This document shows positions 35,356-49,699 of a stretch of DNA of 64,000 nucleotides, piece after piece. Location of the stretch: the NCBI RefSeq assembly GCF_006345805.1, contig NC_042998.1:75764001-75828000 (forward strand). Direction: 5' to 3'. The notes below the pieces were generated by a model. That model did no database searches and was not told the origin of the DNA. It worked only from the letters and a program-made list of their open reading frames with translations. The position numbers and the translations under genes were made by a program. Source of the DNA: Octopus sinensis (Eukaryota). How positions within the stretch are numbered: position 1 is the first letter of the stretch; each line of letters starts with the position of its first letter.

Positions 35356-36799
35356 AATCACTGTTTTATCTATGATATTTTAAAATTATTCTGTTTATAT
35401 ATGTTTATAATGCTGACATTGTAGTTGAACTTTTACATGAACCTCATCTACGACGGTTGATTACCGGAATATGATACTGTACAGTATCTATTCCAGCACT
35501 TTACGTTTTGAGTTTAATTTCTGCTATCTTCAACTTTACATTTTATCTTTCCAAATTCAATTAAATAATGTACCAATCAAGCACTCTGGACTCCATAAAG
35601 TCGACTGTTCCGTCTATCAAATTTCTGGCCTTGTGCCTATGTTAAAAAGCAATCGTATGAACTTCATTCATGAGAAATACGATTACATGACCACCCTGCC
35701 ATTAATACGAGTGAACGTATTAATGATGGCAAAAGTGTAATCGTTTCATTCAGAAATAGGAACATGGTAGTGTGCTCGATTTTTAGGTATCCTATCTATA
35801 CTTTTTGATGCATTTTTATTAATATTGTCAATTATTTACCACAAAATATGTGAACCAGTATTTATAATTTTTCCAAATCATATTAACAGATGAACTCAGA
35901 TTAATAGGCAAATCTTTAATCGGCAAAACACAATTGCTAATACACAGACATGCGATATTTACCCTGTGAATCTTCTAACCTAACTATAATGATTCCTTCT
36001 CTTCAGAGCTGTGATGCTGTGTGCTGCTACACAAGTCTAACTTAGGCAAATTTTAGATTATTATTTCTATGATAGGAGGTAAAACCTAGTTGCAGTCAGA
36101 TGGCTTTTGATGAGCAAAGCTTAATATTCTGTTCGTGGCAGCTGCATTATTCCAGATAAATAAACAGTATTTGTAGATTTCATTGTTGAGCAACTGTTAG
36201 GAAGTTTATTGACGAAGTTTCACATTCCACCTACAAGTCAGAGAATGTATAAATAGCCAACTTTAGAGATCCACTAAAGACATGTACAAACAACTTTCAT
36301 TGAAAGTGTATTTAATATTTTCACGAATATAATCTCTATATTCCAAATATAGAAACCTTAAAACAAAATAAAGTGAAATATACACTAGACTGCATGCATA
36401 TATATCGTAAATTAATGTCGTTTGTGTTTTTGGACAGCAAATTTAGTTCGGTATACTACAAATTAATTAGTGACAGGGAATATGTACGAGATTTTCTTGG
36501 GCGTCTACAGACACTACACTGTTCAAAGAAAGAAATTGTTCAATTCCAGTTTTTAAAAAATAGGAAGTGAATACAAAGCTTTTGTTACAAGTTTTACGAC
36601 CTGCTCGTAATGTTGATGTTATTTTGTATAGTGTTTTACAGTTTGCTTATATTTATATTAAATCTGCTACAAGTCATCTTGTAAATCCATAATCGGATTA
36701 TCCGTGACTAAATCGGCAGTTCCACCAAACTTGCTTAATATATGGAAGATTATTGAACACTCTAGAGAACAAAAAACAAAATTTGTCAAGAAGGAATAT

Positions 36800-37260
36800 T
36801 AACTCAGGATATTCAACAGCCAACAAAAACCAACTAGGTGCAACATCTCGAATGGGTCAGACTATGGACGTCGACTGTCAGCTGCTGCAGTGGCTGTAGA
36901 ATCAGTAAGATTTGGCCTGACTTTACCAGCTGTATATACAACTTACCGAGAAAATGCTACTAAGTAACTTCAAAAGATATTGGCAGTAGCAACAATCCTT
37001 TGAAATAATATCGTTAACTTAAAAATACACTGGACCGATAGCCGCCCAGATTTCTACATTTTGTGTGGCTTTTCTCCACTCCGATCTACAGCGAAAGATT
37101 TACTACGATGTACCAAAACTAGCTTTATCTAAACCTCTGAATACGAGAGCACTACTAGATAGAGGGAAAACAAATCGATGGGAGCCGCACCGCACTCGTA
37201 GCACTGGAGATGGAAAAATATAACCGGGATATGGCAGCCTGTAGTAAGCATGCAATCTAG
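36800..37260 (+). mobile_element. 5' end of an RTE/BovB-like LINE
   Basis: KLALS..NTRALLDRGKTNRWE.RTALVALEMEKYNRDMAACS matches the RTE start (LASWNVRTLLDR..RPERRTALVAxELARYNIDIAALSE). Confidence 0.8.
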
Positions 37261-40200
37261 AACATAGTACTATCACTAACTCAGTGATGTTTTTCCTATT
37301 GTTATATTCATTTTACCTTCTTAAAAAAAGTTAACGGAAGGAAATAGCTGTTTTTTTATAAAGACTACAAGAATAATGTTACTTTTTCTTTTATACGTAT
37401 ATGTCTGTGGTTATATACGCATGTATATTTATGTATGTTAGTATATATGTGTCTACTTCAATTTCTACTCGATGATGTCTTTAAACAGATTATAATTTTA
37501 CTTAAAAACATTGTTTTCTCGTCAATAACAAGTATTACTAATGTTTGCAGACTTTTGCTGTTTTAATATTGACAAAAGAAATCTGGGGTAAAAATGAAAG
37601 TTCAGCCGTTGGCAACAACATCATTGCCAGTGACTCTATTTTTCTCTATTTTTTAATGTCTATCTTACTATCAAATTGATTGGTCTTTGACGTTTAATTT
37701 CCGCATTTCTCATGTTATTATCGATCACACTAATTTGTGAATATGACAGAGATGGTTCGGTTTCGTGCATAAAATTGCTTCCAAATAAACACAGCTTTCC
37801 ATTATTGCATGGAGTCTAGTATTGATATGTGTGTTTTATATGAATCATTGTTATTTGTTTGGTGACTGAAACTGGTATCTGAAAGAGATTAAATTTTTTC
37901 TACAAATCAAGATAGTTCAGTCATAAAAAGAAACGAAGGACAGAAAAGCAAATGAATCATGGAGATGCTTATAAACATTTCACTATTTTGCTTCTTGTTA
38001 CTATTTTTGTAGCAAGGCTGGTGCCTGGCAGAATCAATACAGCGACAGAGCTCATTGATTTGTAATATAAAATCGCGTTGTTTGTTTTTGTACTGAGTTC
38101 AAATCCCTCTAGAATTAATGCTACCTGTTATCCTTCTGGGGTTGATAAAACAAGTACTGGGACCAATATAAAGGTTCATTTTATGTGTCCTTAGAAGGCA
38201 GCCTTTAATAGCAAATATCATGGAACCAACTCTACAGCACCATCTCTATTGAAAGTTTAAGATATTTTACCTCTATACTACACCTAAAGTTCATAAAAAT
38301 GTTGTTAACTATAAAACCTTTCGTTATTTAGCTCTTTATATAAAATATAGAAATATAAAAACAATTTTAATTCAGTTAGTTCATTTAATCTCTTGAGAAA
38401 AGTATGAGTATCTTGGATTTCCATCCTTTCCATAAATACAAAGGTATTTGTACTAAGTCCTACAAAAATCAGCATGGCTTCATAGGTATTTATAAAGTAT
38501 TATATTTATAAAAGTATATAATTATATAGTTGTAAGGTGTTTTCCAAATCTTTTTTTTTTTTTTGACTGTTTGAAGCTAACATAAGTACAACTTTAGACA
38601 TTAATATTCAGAAACTCAGTGGGACAGAAAATTATTTTACTATATTACTATTATTTTCAAAATAATGAGCTTTAGAATAATAATACTTTTCAATGTTTTC
38701 TTTATACAAATTCCTTTGACTAGTTTGTGCAGTAATGTTGGTATTATACAGTATATTTCACTCATACACATCAAGTGGCTCTACTACGTCTTAGATTATA
38801 ATGTATTTCTCTGAAATTATCACTTGGTGTTGGTTCTTCTATATCCCATAATTGTTAATAAGGAGGCTAACGATGAAAGTGATTGCAACAAATGGCTGTA
38901 ACCCAGAATTGAAACTAGTTAGATATATCGGAGTTTACTTTTGCTCTTGTCACAATATTAAGAATATGATACCATAATTACAAATGCTAAAATTTCATTA
39001 GAAGTTCTTAAATATATAAATTATAAATTACTAAAGTTCTGAAATGTGTTTCCTTAGCTGTTGGAATTTTTTTTTCATTCAAATATAAAATCTTAATCTT
39101 TAATGAGTATCGCTAGTTATTGATTCTAAATGCTAATCTGTAAATTTTATAAATAGTAATCAAAATATTTACTATTCAGGATTGTAAATATATAAGACCT
39201 ATGGAGATAGCAGATTTACTACAATATCAGTATTACAGTTTAGTTCAACTATGTTTAGAGTTCAAATCCCTTAACTTCGTTATATTACATATGGGTCTCT
39301 ATCTATTTGGTAGTTAACCTTACTAAATAAAAAGAGGATGTAACTGTTTCATTAACATGTTGTTTTAGATAGACATATCTTTCTTTTTTGATATCATAGT
39401 TCATATTAGTATAATAAACCACGCCTACTTTTCTTTTCTAATTTATATTTTTTACCAGTATTTATTCTTAAAGTGTGTAAAATGTCATCAGTTAATTCGT
39501 TATCTTGAAGATATGTATTCGTTTTAGCGTTCATTTGTATATTTAAATTATTATTCATCGAACAGTTGAAGAAACAGGTAGATAATTTTGATCAGATAAT
39601 TTATGATCAGACTGGCTATGATATTATATCTGCATGAGGACAGATAGTTTTAGCAATGACTGACTGCCTGGGTATTAGGCATGAATGTTCGATGTTCAAC
39701 TAGAGTGCTTCTAAGAACATTCATAATGTTATATGTATAGTATAATTGTTAAATATGATATTTAACAACTAGATATGAGAGGGAAAATAATCTACAGAAA
39801 GGAAGCATTTGATTCCAAACTGATATAGAGTACAAATGAAAATATTAGTGGAAACATAGCGTACATTTAATATTGGTTTCCTTTATTTTAATAATATCTA
39901 ATTTCTTGAGTCTATATTAAAAATTAATAATATATAAGTGCTATGGAATTGCAATGTCTCAAATAAATAGCAATGTTGTATTAATAATTTCGTTCTTTCC
40001 CTTTATTAACTAAATTGTGATCTCTAAGAGATTATAATTTTCAATATATATAAAAAATATCACAACTGAAGGAAATAACTCAGTTTTAAACAAACTAATA
40101 AATATAGTTCCTATCGTACTATATCAATATAATCTTAACCCTATTGTCCATAATGAACAACGGAATATGTATCACTTATGGTTTCCCTAAAAATGTTCTT

Positions 40201-40424
40201 GCCTCAGTACCTTGTTTTTAATTTGTTGCAACGTGTCGCTAATTTTTTAGTGCTGCTCTCATTTATCTGTCTTTCAAAACATTTGACGCGGAGATAGGAA
40301 TTATAAACAATAGTTTATTATTTTATAGCTGAAAGTGCTCAATGAAAAGTCAGTCTTTAAAAAAATGATAGAAATATTATATTTCTAAATCTCTTAGAGA
40401 GATTTATACAGTAGCAGCATGATA

Positions 40425-40755
40425 AAGTGATGGTTTGTTGCCAACTTAATGTGGCAGTCCCAGAAAGGGAAGAATGCTACTGCTATTTAACCCTAGGAAA
40501 CACTGTTTTCAGTTGGCCATGACACATTTTCTGCATCCTTATGTTTTCAAAGGGAAGATAAGCACCTCCACCCAGCAAATATAGCATTCAAAGACTGGCT
40601 TTGCTGGGTGGAGGTTCTTATCTCCCCTTTCAAAACATAAGAACGCAGAAAATGAGTCATTGCCAACTGGAAACGGTGTTTCCTAGGGCTAAATAGCAGT
40701 AGCATTCTTCCCTTTCATGGGACTGCCACATTAAGTAGGCAACATACCATCACTT
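40425..40755. mobile_element. 331-bp fold-back (palindromic) MITE
   Basis: Arms 40425-40579 and 40600-40755 are reverse complements, about 91% identical by manual alignment, around a 20-nt loop. TAA/TTAA-like flanks. Confidence 0.88.
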
Positions 40756-41442
40756 AAAAAATGATATTCATATATTAAGAAGGAATATAATTGACCATTT
40801 TCACAAAATAATTTTCGTCTAAAGACCCTCTTGTTGCATTACCTCCGATTCCCATAAAATTTCATGTACCTGAGAGTACATCAATAACAAACGCGAGATT
40901 ATTATTAACATGTTTAACTCTGAAGTTAAAGTGTATTCTACATCTATTGCGTGTCATACAAAACAATTTGGAAAGGGTTCGGTGAAAAACGTTCGATCAA
41001 AAATAGGAAAACTACAATTTTAGGCTGAAGTCAATGTCAAATGTATACAGCATAACTTTAGGGTTATGACTTGTAAGCTATTACAAATTTTATTCTATTA
41101 AATGATTTTATAAGCAAATATTTAATGGATTTTAACAGATTTGTTTCATATTCCATGTTTATGTTATACAAACCATCTACACAATTTTATTTCTTATAAA
41201 TTTTGAAATAAAACATAAATATATTTAAGCAATTTACATATATTTGTATGTGTGTATCGGTGCGTGTATGTATGTGTATGTGTACACAGAGAGATGGGAG
41301 ACAGAGAAGGAGAAGTGAAGTAAGAGAGAGATTTTCAATAAGAGAAAAGAGCTGTAGATACATAAGATATATATTTAAATCAATGTTAATTTTAATATAT
41401 CTCCTGGCAATTCTATAGTTCTAATTGCTTAAAATATGTGAA

Positions 41443-41445
<3 letters not shown>

Positions 41446-41500
<55 letters not shown>

Positions 41501-41621
41501 ATGTTTCAATAACAAGTCGTCTACCCCTCCCTCTGTATGCATAGAAAACAGGAGTAAAACGAACATATATGTGTGCGTGTGTGAGTAAATATATACGTGT
41601 ATATATATATTTATATATGTA

Positions 41622-41690
<69 letters not shown>

Positions 41691-41747
41691 CATACATACA
41701 TGTATACATACATGCATGCATACATACATACATACATACATACTACA

Positions 41748-41781
<34 letters not shown>

Positions 41782-41806
41782 CATACATACATACATACAT
41801 ACATAC
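41446..41806. repeat. Compound (TA)n/(TACA)n microsatellites
   Basis: Seen directly. Confidence 0.97.
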
Positions 41807-42249
41807 AAATTCCAAAACTGCAACATTACAAGAAAAATGCAAACCTAGTCAAAAGCCCTTTTAATGAAAAACTCTCCGGCTACTTAATATATTATCAATA
41901 TAATGGTTACGATTCATGGTCTGCATGCAGAACAGCGAGAATCCAAACGATTACACACCTATTCATTCTTAATACGTTCTGACAAATTCAAACACGAACA
42001 TCTGATCATTTGTTTTATCGAGGGTATTTTGCCACCAGAGAACACCTCCTCCCTTTAAGTGGTGTGTGGTGATAACACACATGATTCACGGGTATAAAGG
42101 CGCTTAGAGATGCTCGGTTGTTTGGACCTCTTTGTATTTCACCTCAATTGAAGTTTCTCCTCCAGACAGATGGGTCTCACAAGACACCAGCTCTTGTTTA
42201 TAGGAATCAGCAACCAAATTACTTGCAAATGTCGACTAAACAGGTTTTA

Positions 42250-42585
42250 AACTGGTATTCCGCCGATTACGACGACACACTTCCACTTGATCCAATCAAT
42301 GGAACAGCCCAATCATGAAATTAACGCACAAGCAGCTAAGCACGCCAAACACGTGCGCACCCTTAACGTGGTTCTCGGGGAGATTCAGCGTGACACAGAA
42401 TGTAACAAGGCTGGTGCTTTGAAATACAGTACTACACATTTTTGTGAGTTGAGTAAACTGGAGTAAACTGGAGCAACGTAAAATAACGTGCCTTGCTCAA
42501 GGACACAACGCGCTGCCGGAAATCGAGCTCTCAACCTTACGATCGCGAGCCAAATACCCTGACTACTAAGCCATGTACCTTCACT
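42250..42585 (-). mobile_element. Family C tRNA-derived SINE
   Basis: Matches 49072-49396 (cccttaacgtggttctcggggagattcagcgtgacacaga..gtggactggagcaacgt..gctcaaggacacaacgc..ggaatcga). The head is at the right end. Confidence 0.85.
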
Positions 42586-42640
42586 GTAAACAGATAACTT
42601 ATCGGCTGCACACAAAACAGCGAATATCGTATCTCTTCAT

Positions 42641-42914
42641 TCGATCGTGAATATCTGAACTCCTCTCTTTCTCACCACCGGCGAATAACTCTTCCCAGTT
42701 CGGCGTTATGTGTTCATAACAGATGTAGTTCACCAGTTCGCAGACATCAGCAAAACATAGGATATATTTTGTTTGCTTGGTCCCTATAATCAAAAGCTCG
42801 TTCTGAGATTCATCAGTCCAGTAGTCTATCTTTGAGTGAGGAGACACATAACGAGATCAAAATAACGCGATGGATCAGTGGCGAAAAACAAAGTAATCAG
42901 ATATTCACGTTCGA
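42641..42914. mobile_element. Possible 274-bp MITE with 18-bp TIRs
   Basis: tcgatcgtgaatatctga (42641-42658) versus the reverse complement of tcagatattcacgttcga (42897-42914), 17/18 identical. The flanks ctcttcat and ctctgtca could be a decayed TSD. Confidence 0.4.
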
Positions 42915-43208
42915 CTCTGTCAAAACTTATTAAGAATGAATATATGTGTTATACTTAATTTAATAATTAGTTTTAAAATGCCCATGGTTCACAGCCAAAC
43001 AAGAAAACAGACAGAACGCATATTTATCTAGATTAAAATTTGATGTGCGGAGGTGGCTAACATTTTACTTACCAATAAAATTTTATCAATAAGATTTTAA
43101 AGATCTTTATCATTGGATGCGAAACTTTTACAGTCATCCAAATATTATATCAGAAATACAAAAGTATCATTGAGAATTAAATTATTTGAGCTTTGTAACT
43201 TACCAGCT

Positions 43209-43756
43209 GAAAGGTCGGCTAAAAAGTTCATAGGCTGACCAAGATACTCTCATGGAATATGACCAAATAAAATTTATTTTTCAATATAGTCCTCCTTGCG
43301 GTCCACATACTTCTTCCGTCAGTGTTGCAGTGCTCGGGTCCCACTGGTGAAGAAACTTCCAATCTGTTGATCAAAAAAGTCATCAACACCAGATGTGGCG
43401 TCACCATCACTGCGATACTGGTTCCAAGCCAAGTGTTTTTTTTTTCATGCTGGGGGATAAATGATAGTCAGATGGGGCCAAATCAAGAGAATAGTGAGAC
43501 CAGTTCAAAGTGACATTTGAAGCAAACGGCTTGTGTGTTGGAACATTGCCCTGATCAAACAAGACCTCTTTCGTCAGTTTTCCCGGCCGTTGAGTTTTGA
43601 TAACCTTTCGTAACTCCCTCAGCAGGTTGACATAGTAGTCTCCATTGAAGGTGCAGTTCTTAGTAGTAAGAAGAGTTTAAATTAATGCATACAAGATTTC
43701 ACAGCTCTAGCACCGCTCCGTCATAATCGGCCTGTGAACTTTTCAGCTTACCCTAG
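43209..43756 (-). mobile_element. Internally deleted mariner (both TIRs plus catalytic C-terminus)
   Basis: TIR-like ends aaggtcggctaaaaagttcataggctgac and atcggcctgtgaacttttcagcttaccc. The minus frame gives SHYSLDLAPSDYHL (=YSPDLAPSD motif). Confidence 0.85.
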
Positions 43757-43879
43757 TGAATAGCCTGAGAAGAGTATGCGTTGTGCGAGAGTACGATGCC
43801 CCCTGGCGAGAATGGACTGAACCACTAGATACATATAAATATAGTAGCAGCCTCAGTAAGTTCCATGTAGCAGCTGGCT

Positions 43880-44680
43880 CCTAGTTTGCTATTTTGTTTG
43901 AAGGCTTCTGCCCAGAATTGCGAACTGTTGAAATTGTTTGTTGAGAACACATAGATTGTTCAGCAAGCTTGCGTTTTTTTTTTTTTGTATTCCCCCCACC
44001 CCATTTAGGACGGGGAAAAGTATGCCTGAAATGGACGTGGAGCCCGAAGAAACACGAGCTGGAAGTTACGCGTCTGTAGCTGGAAATGAGAACATGACGA
44101 AAACAGTGAAACAGTTGGAAATGCAAGAAGTTATCATTGACCGGGAAGCATTATGTGAATACATGCAAATTACAGAAAGGGAGGAGTTTAGCGTAAAGAT
44201 GCCCCCCCACACCCACACACACACCGAGGAAACAACCAGAAAAGTGAGAAGAACGGTGATGTACAGGATATTGTATTTACCGAAAAAAATCGAAATGGCA
44301 CCGGAGGATGCTATTGAAAAATGCTTGGTCACAATAAGAGACGACATCTTCCACACCAGAGGGAGGAGATTCGGTACAGTAGAGGTAAGACTTGCCTCCG
44401 AAGAGGAGGAATTTAAGCGCTCCACTGTACCAATTAGGACTGAAGAATGGCTGCTCCTGCCAACCTACTTGGGAAAACGAATCTCTAGGGTTGGGATTGG
44501 CAGGCAACTCGAACACAACAACTGAAATGTTGGGGTTACGGCCTGGAATTAATTATCCAGGCCATCCAAACAGACCTAAACGAGGTCCCTGAAATTATCG
44601 AGTTGCCGGACGATATGAAATTAACAGTGACAGTGGAAGGGAGACCTCACACCAGCTATTATAACAATTGACAAAACGTA
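43880..44680 (+). mobile_element. L1/Tx1-like LINE ORF1 (gag-like) fragment
   Basis: The 195-aa ORF (43938-44525) has SYASVA and GRRFGTVEVRLASEEE..LLLPTYLGKRISRV. After a frameshift it continues EVPEIIELPDDMKLTVTVEGRP, leading into a decayed zinc-knuckle region. Confidence 0.7.
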
Positions 44681-44684
44681 GTTG

Positions 44685-44830
44685 TATGGCTATGATGTCA
44701 AAATAAAAGGTGCTGCTAGCAATAAAAAAAGCACCTTGCTGTCGCTCAAATGCGAAGCTGCTTTTGGTTTACTTATTTGATGGGAAAGATGCTGTTCATC
44801 ATGAGTTTCTTCCAAGTTACCCAGTCGATA
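44685..44830 (+). mobile_element. Short mariner catalytic-domain fragment
   Basis: VYGYDV.. and LLLVYLFDGKDAVHHEFLP match WVYGYDxET and VMLxVFFDxxGxVHHEFLP. Confidence 0.65.
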
Positions 44831-45399
44831 CGGATTTTGCTTGGATGTCTTGAGGATTCGGACAGTTACAGTGACAGTGCAAAAGAAATGGCTTTAGACA
44901 TGGATAAATGAATCTTGTATGCTGCAAAGCGGTTGTACACATACGCATGCGTTTCTCTTTATCGATGATTTTTTTAGCCCTTATACTTCGTTGGAAATTT
45001 GGTAAAATGTTTTGACATCACACATAGTAGTATTTTCCAAAGGATAAAAGCTTTGCGTTAACTCTTATCTGATAGACTTTTTCTTGGGCTTAGAAACATC
45101 AAAACCTTTTACGTATTGAAAACAGTTTTCTAATTGTGATTGTACTTTGAATAGCAGTTTAGTTCATATAAGATTATGATCCGTGTATATTTGTATATTT
45201 GCACCTCTCAAAATCCGAATCTCTCACATAATTCAAATATTTCCTTTGAGTTAAACATAATCAATCATGTGGAATTTCTTTGAACCTGAGTGCATACAAG
45301 TTTCTTTGTGAATCGTTTTATGTTCAAAGTATTACAAAGTCAAGTTCGTTTCTCTTGAGATTTGTAGCAAATACAAACTACTAGAGTTTAACTTTAGTT

Positions 45400-45930
45400 A
45401 ATTCATCCTGTTATGTCCTCTGCAATTTCATAGATTATCTTTTCCAGCTCATGCATTGAAGTTCCCAAGAATCATTACTTTATTTCAAACTGTAATTTTC
45501 TGAATAGATCTTTAAAAGATTTTTGCCTTGATCACAACCATTCACTGTTGATGCGTAGGCACAGATGAAAGTCACTGACCGACTATAAAGAATAGACTGA
45601 TGTCTATATATAAGTTTATCATTTAAACCAGAAATTAGTCTCCTAGGATATGGGACTAACGATTATTTAACTGCCATACCAACTCCAGACTCTCTCTTTA
45701 TATTATCATCATTTAGATTATCTGCATTCAACATCTTTCAGAAAAACGGATCTCGAGTAAGATAAAAAATATCCATCAAGTTCCAAAGAAGGTTACACAG
45801 TTTTTCTTTCGGCAGATATCACATTATCAAAGTCCTTAAGATTCTGACAACCAACCAGAAATTCTATATATTCTATTGTTAGCATTTGCGTGATGACAAC
45901 TGTACATCTTCTTTTCTTTGAGGCCGATGT
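45400..45930 (-). mobile_element. RTE LINE APE domain relic
   Basis: RESGVGMAVK..SGLNDKL..TFICAYAST..VMILGNFNA*AGKD matches RTE APE motifs. Confidence 0.8.
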
Positions 45931-46183
45931 GAGGCCAAACCTGTGAGCTTAAATCTAACAAGTCCTTTCTCTTGTTCACATTATGTTGGGAGTTATATCT
46001 TTAATGAATCTGATTGTACTCTTTGTGTTTGTAAGCTATTACCAGTCATATATTACCCAAAATCATGTATCAAGGAAAGACTTTATTGATATTTACAATA
46101 CACAATATATAAAAGAGTACGTTTCCCAAAAGACGTCAGCTAACTTTGAGATAGTTCAGCAAAATTAAATGAGCAGGCGTGGC

Positions 46184-46324
46184 TGTCTGGTAAGAAGCTT
46201 GCTTCTCAACCACATGGTTCGCGGTTCAGTCCCACTGCGTGGCACCTTGGGCAAGTGTCTTCATCTATAGCAGACCAAAGTCGCGTGAGTGGATTTGGTA
46301 GACGGAAACTGAAAGAAGCTCGTC

Positions 46325-46393
<69 letters not shown>

Positions 46394-46620
46394 CAAAGTG
46401 TTTGTATTTGTATCTGTATTTGTGCCCTACTACCACTTAACAACCTGTATAGGTGTGTTAATGTCACTGTAAATTAGCGGTTCGGCAAAAGAGACCGATA
46501 GAGAAAGTACCAGGCTTTTAAAGAAAGATAAGTATTGAAGTCGAGATATTCGACGAAAAATTCTTCAAGGCGGTAACCCCGCATGGCCCCAGTCTAATGA
46601 CTGAAACAAGTAAAAGATAA
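46184..46620 (+). mobile_element. Family B SINE with internal (TA)n
   Basis: Head ggcgtggctgtctggtaagaagcttgcttctcaaccacatggttcgcggttcagtcccac contains pol III A/B-box-like elements. Confidence 0.9.
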
Positions 46621-46676
46621 AAGGAGATAAATATACGCTAACAATCAACAACTGTGCGGAGATGAAATCTTAGATG

Positions 46677-47290
46677 TCTATATATATAAAACACAGGATG
46701 TGTGTCTGTCTGTGTGCTTATCGAGATCCACCCAGCCGATTTTAATGAAATTTTATACATGCATTACACAGGAACCATGGAGTGTCATGGGTCAACAAAA
46801 TTTTCAACTTCTTGCCTAATTCGGGTCCAGGGACAGATAAACCGCATTTTAAAAGCATTTTCGCTGCGTTAAGGCAGAGTATCCAGTCGCTTTCCTCTAA
46901 ATTCGCCACAAACATTAATCAGGCTCCTCGAATTGCTGTTGACTAAAATATATTTTCGACGCCGATTATGGGCCCCTTAAAGACGCAGCTTAACCAGATT
47001 TCAGTATACTGCAGTATGTTTTATCTTTGTTTTATACCCAAGTAGGTTTTATCTTTGTTTTATACCCAACACGAGGAAGTACTGCAAAGTTCTTGTCTTT
47101 AAGAGTATCACGAAAGCTTCTTTGGAGGCCCAAAATTCCGAATTATTTGACAGGGCTCAGAAAAACTGAAGAACTAAAGGACTAGTGCAATATGTGTGTG
47201 AGTCTGAGAGGGTAATATGTTGAATAAAATTATAATTGACCATCCGCTTGCATTTTCTATTACCTAAAGCCAGGAACCTCTCAGCCCAGC
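46677..47290 (+). mobile_element. Non-autonomous Helitron-like element with a helicase remnant
   Basis: 5' end TCTATATATATAAAA followed by tgtctgtctgtg and ccgattttaatgaaatttt. An internal frameshifted RQYPV..FATNINQA resembles RQFPVRLxFAMTINKAQ. The 3' CTAG end is degenerate. Confidence 0.6.
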
Positions 47291-48837
47291 CTCGTACATA
47301 TATATATATAATTACTTCATTTTCTTTTGATAACCTTCTCTGAAATTTACAGGTTCTATAATGTTTCCGATATTAGCTATCCTTTGAATGCTTCATTCTT
47401 AAAAGCAATTTAATTTTAAACTGAAATCTTATATTTTCAAAACCATATTTATATGGTATAAAATAATTCCGAAATTTCCCTTCGCTTTCTAAATGTTTAG
47501 TTTCTATTCCTTTATATGCATTCTGGACTTAACCCTGCATCTATTTATTCTATATTCAGTAATTATACACATAATTAAGTACTTTTTAATTGTTATCAGT
47601 AAAATCCTCCTCAGACCTCTTAACTATTTGAGTATATAAATTGAAATTTCAAACGTGCAGTCTTCATACTTAACATATGTTATAGATAATACTCTGTATG
47701 GCATTAAGAATTATTTTCGGAGTTGAAATATTCTTCAATTAACTTCAATTTCTTCTATTTTGTCAATACAATGTATTTCAATTTTCTTTCTTTATGGATC
47801 TGTTCCTATAATATATCTCCTAAAGTTTGCAGAGAATAGAATGATATTTCTGTGACAAATATGACAATTTAGCCGTCAATTTATAGTAAATATTAGAAAT
47901 ATTTTTAGAAAATTGAATAAAGCAAAAATGTTCTGGTTGCAAAATTATTAAAACTTTTTCCTAAAATTATTTATTCCTCTGATATACTGTTCTGAACTTC
48001 AAATCCAGTAGAGAGCTTTTATTTTAACATCTGATTTTAACGGCACGATAAAGCTCTTGACAGACGTTTTCTTCTAGCTACTTTCAAGCCACTTTACAAT
48101 TTAGAATAATTTAATATTAACATGATGATCAGCAAGACTTCTACTCAAATTCGACTGCTAATTAAACTCATCACATTACCTTTTCTCTATTAATTCACTT
48201 TAAAACTCTTGAACACCATAATATTCCATATCCCCTATAATTTTGAAATGTGCGAAATGAAAAATATGAAATGTTATGAATTATTTTTAATGAAGATGAT
48301 CATGTCAGCAAGCGGGTATTTTTATACAAAATTTACTTCATAACATATGTCAGTTTCTAAACCCATTTTCATATGTAGTTTTGATTATCACTGATGCTTG
48401 AAATTTCACTATGTTCAAAAATAAAAATGTTTCCCCGTTCAGTTTTCGAACGTTTATTTTAATTCGTTTCGCAGATATTTTTTAAAATTAACTTACTATA
48501 TAATTCATTCGAAAATTAGTATGAGTAAAGGTATGAGGTAAAAGGATAATGAATGAATTAAAGATTATTGTTTGGTGGAGTTAAAAAAATTCACAGGCTA
48601 TGATTAAATGAGTGCAATAAAACAGGAATCGAAATTATTTCCATTTCCCTATCTATAAAAGCTTTGCTTAGCTATCATGGCACGTCGTTACATCCTGAGA
48701 CTGTCAGCTCGTCGTAGTCGGTTTTCAAAAGCTGACAATATTACTCGTATACGTTCGGTTTAATGAAGATTAGATAAACTGAGAACCTTGAGCCAGTGAC
48801 TAGATAGTGTTTAGATTTCTGGTAGTTTTTCAGCATC

Positions 48838-49694
<857 letters not shown>

Positions 49695-49699
49695 GTTTC

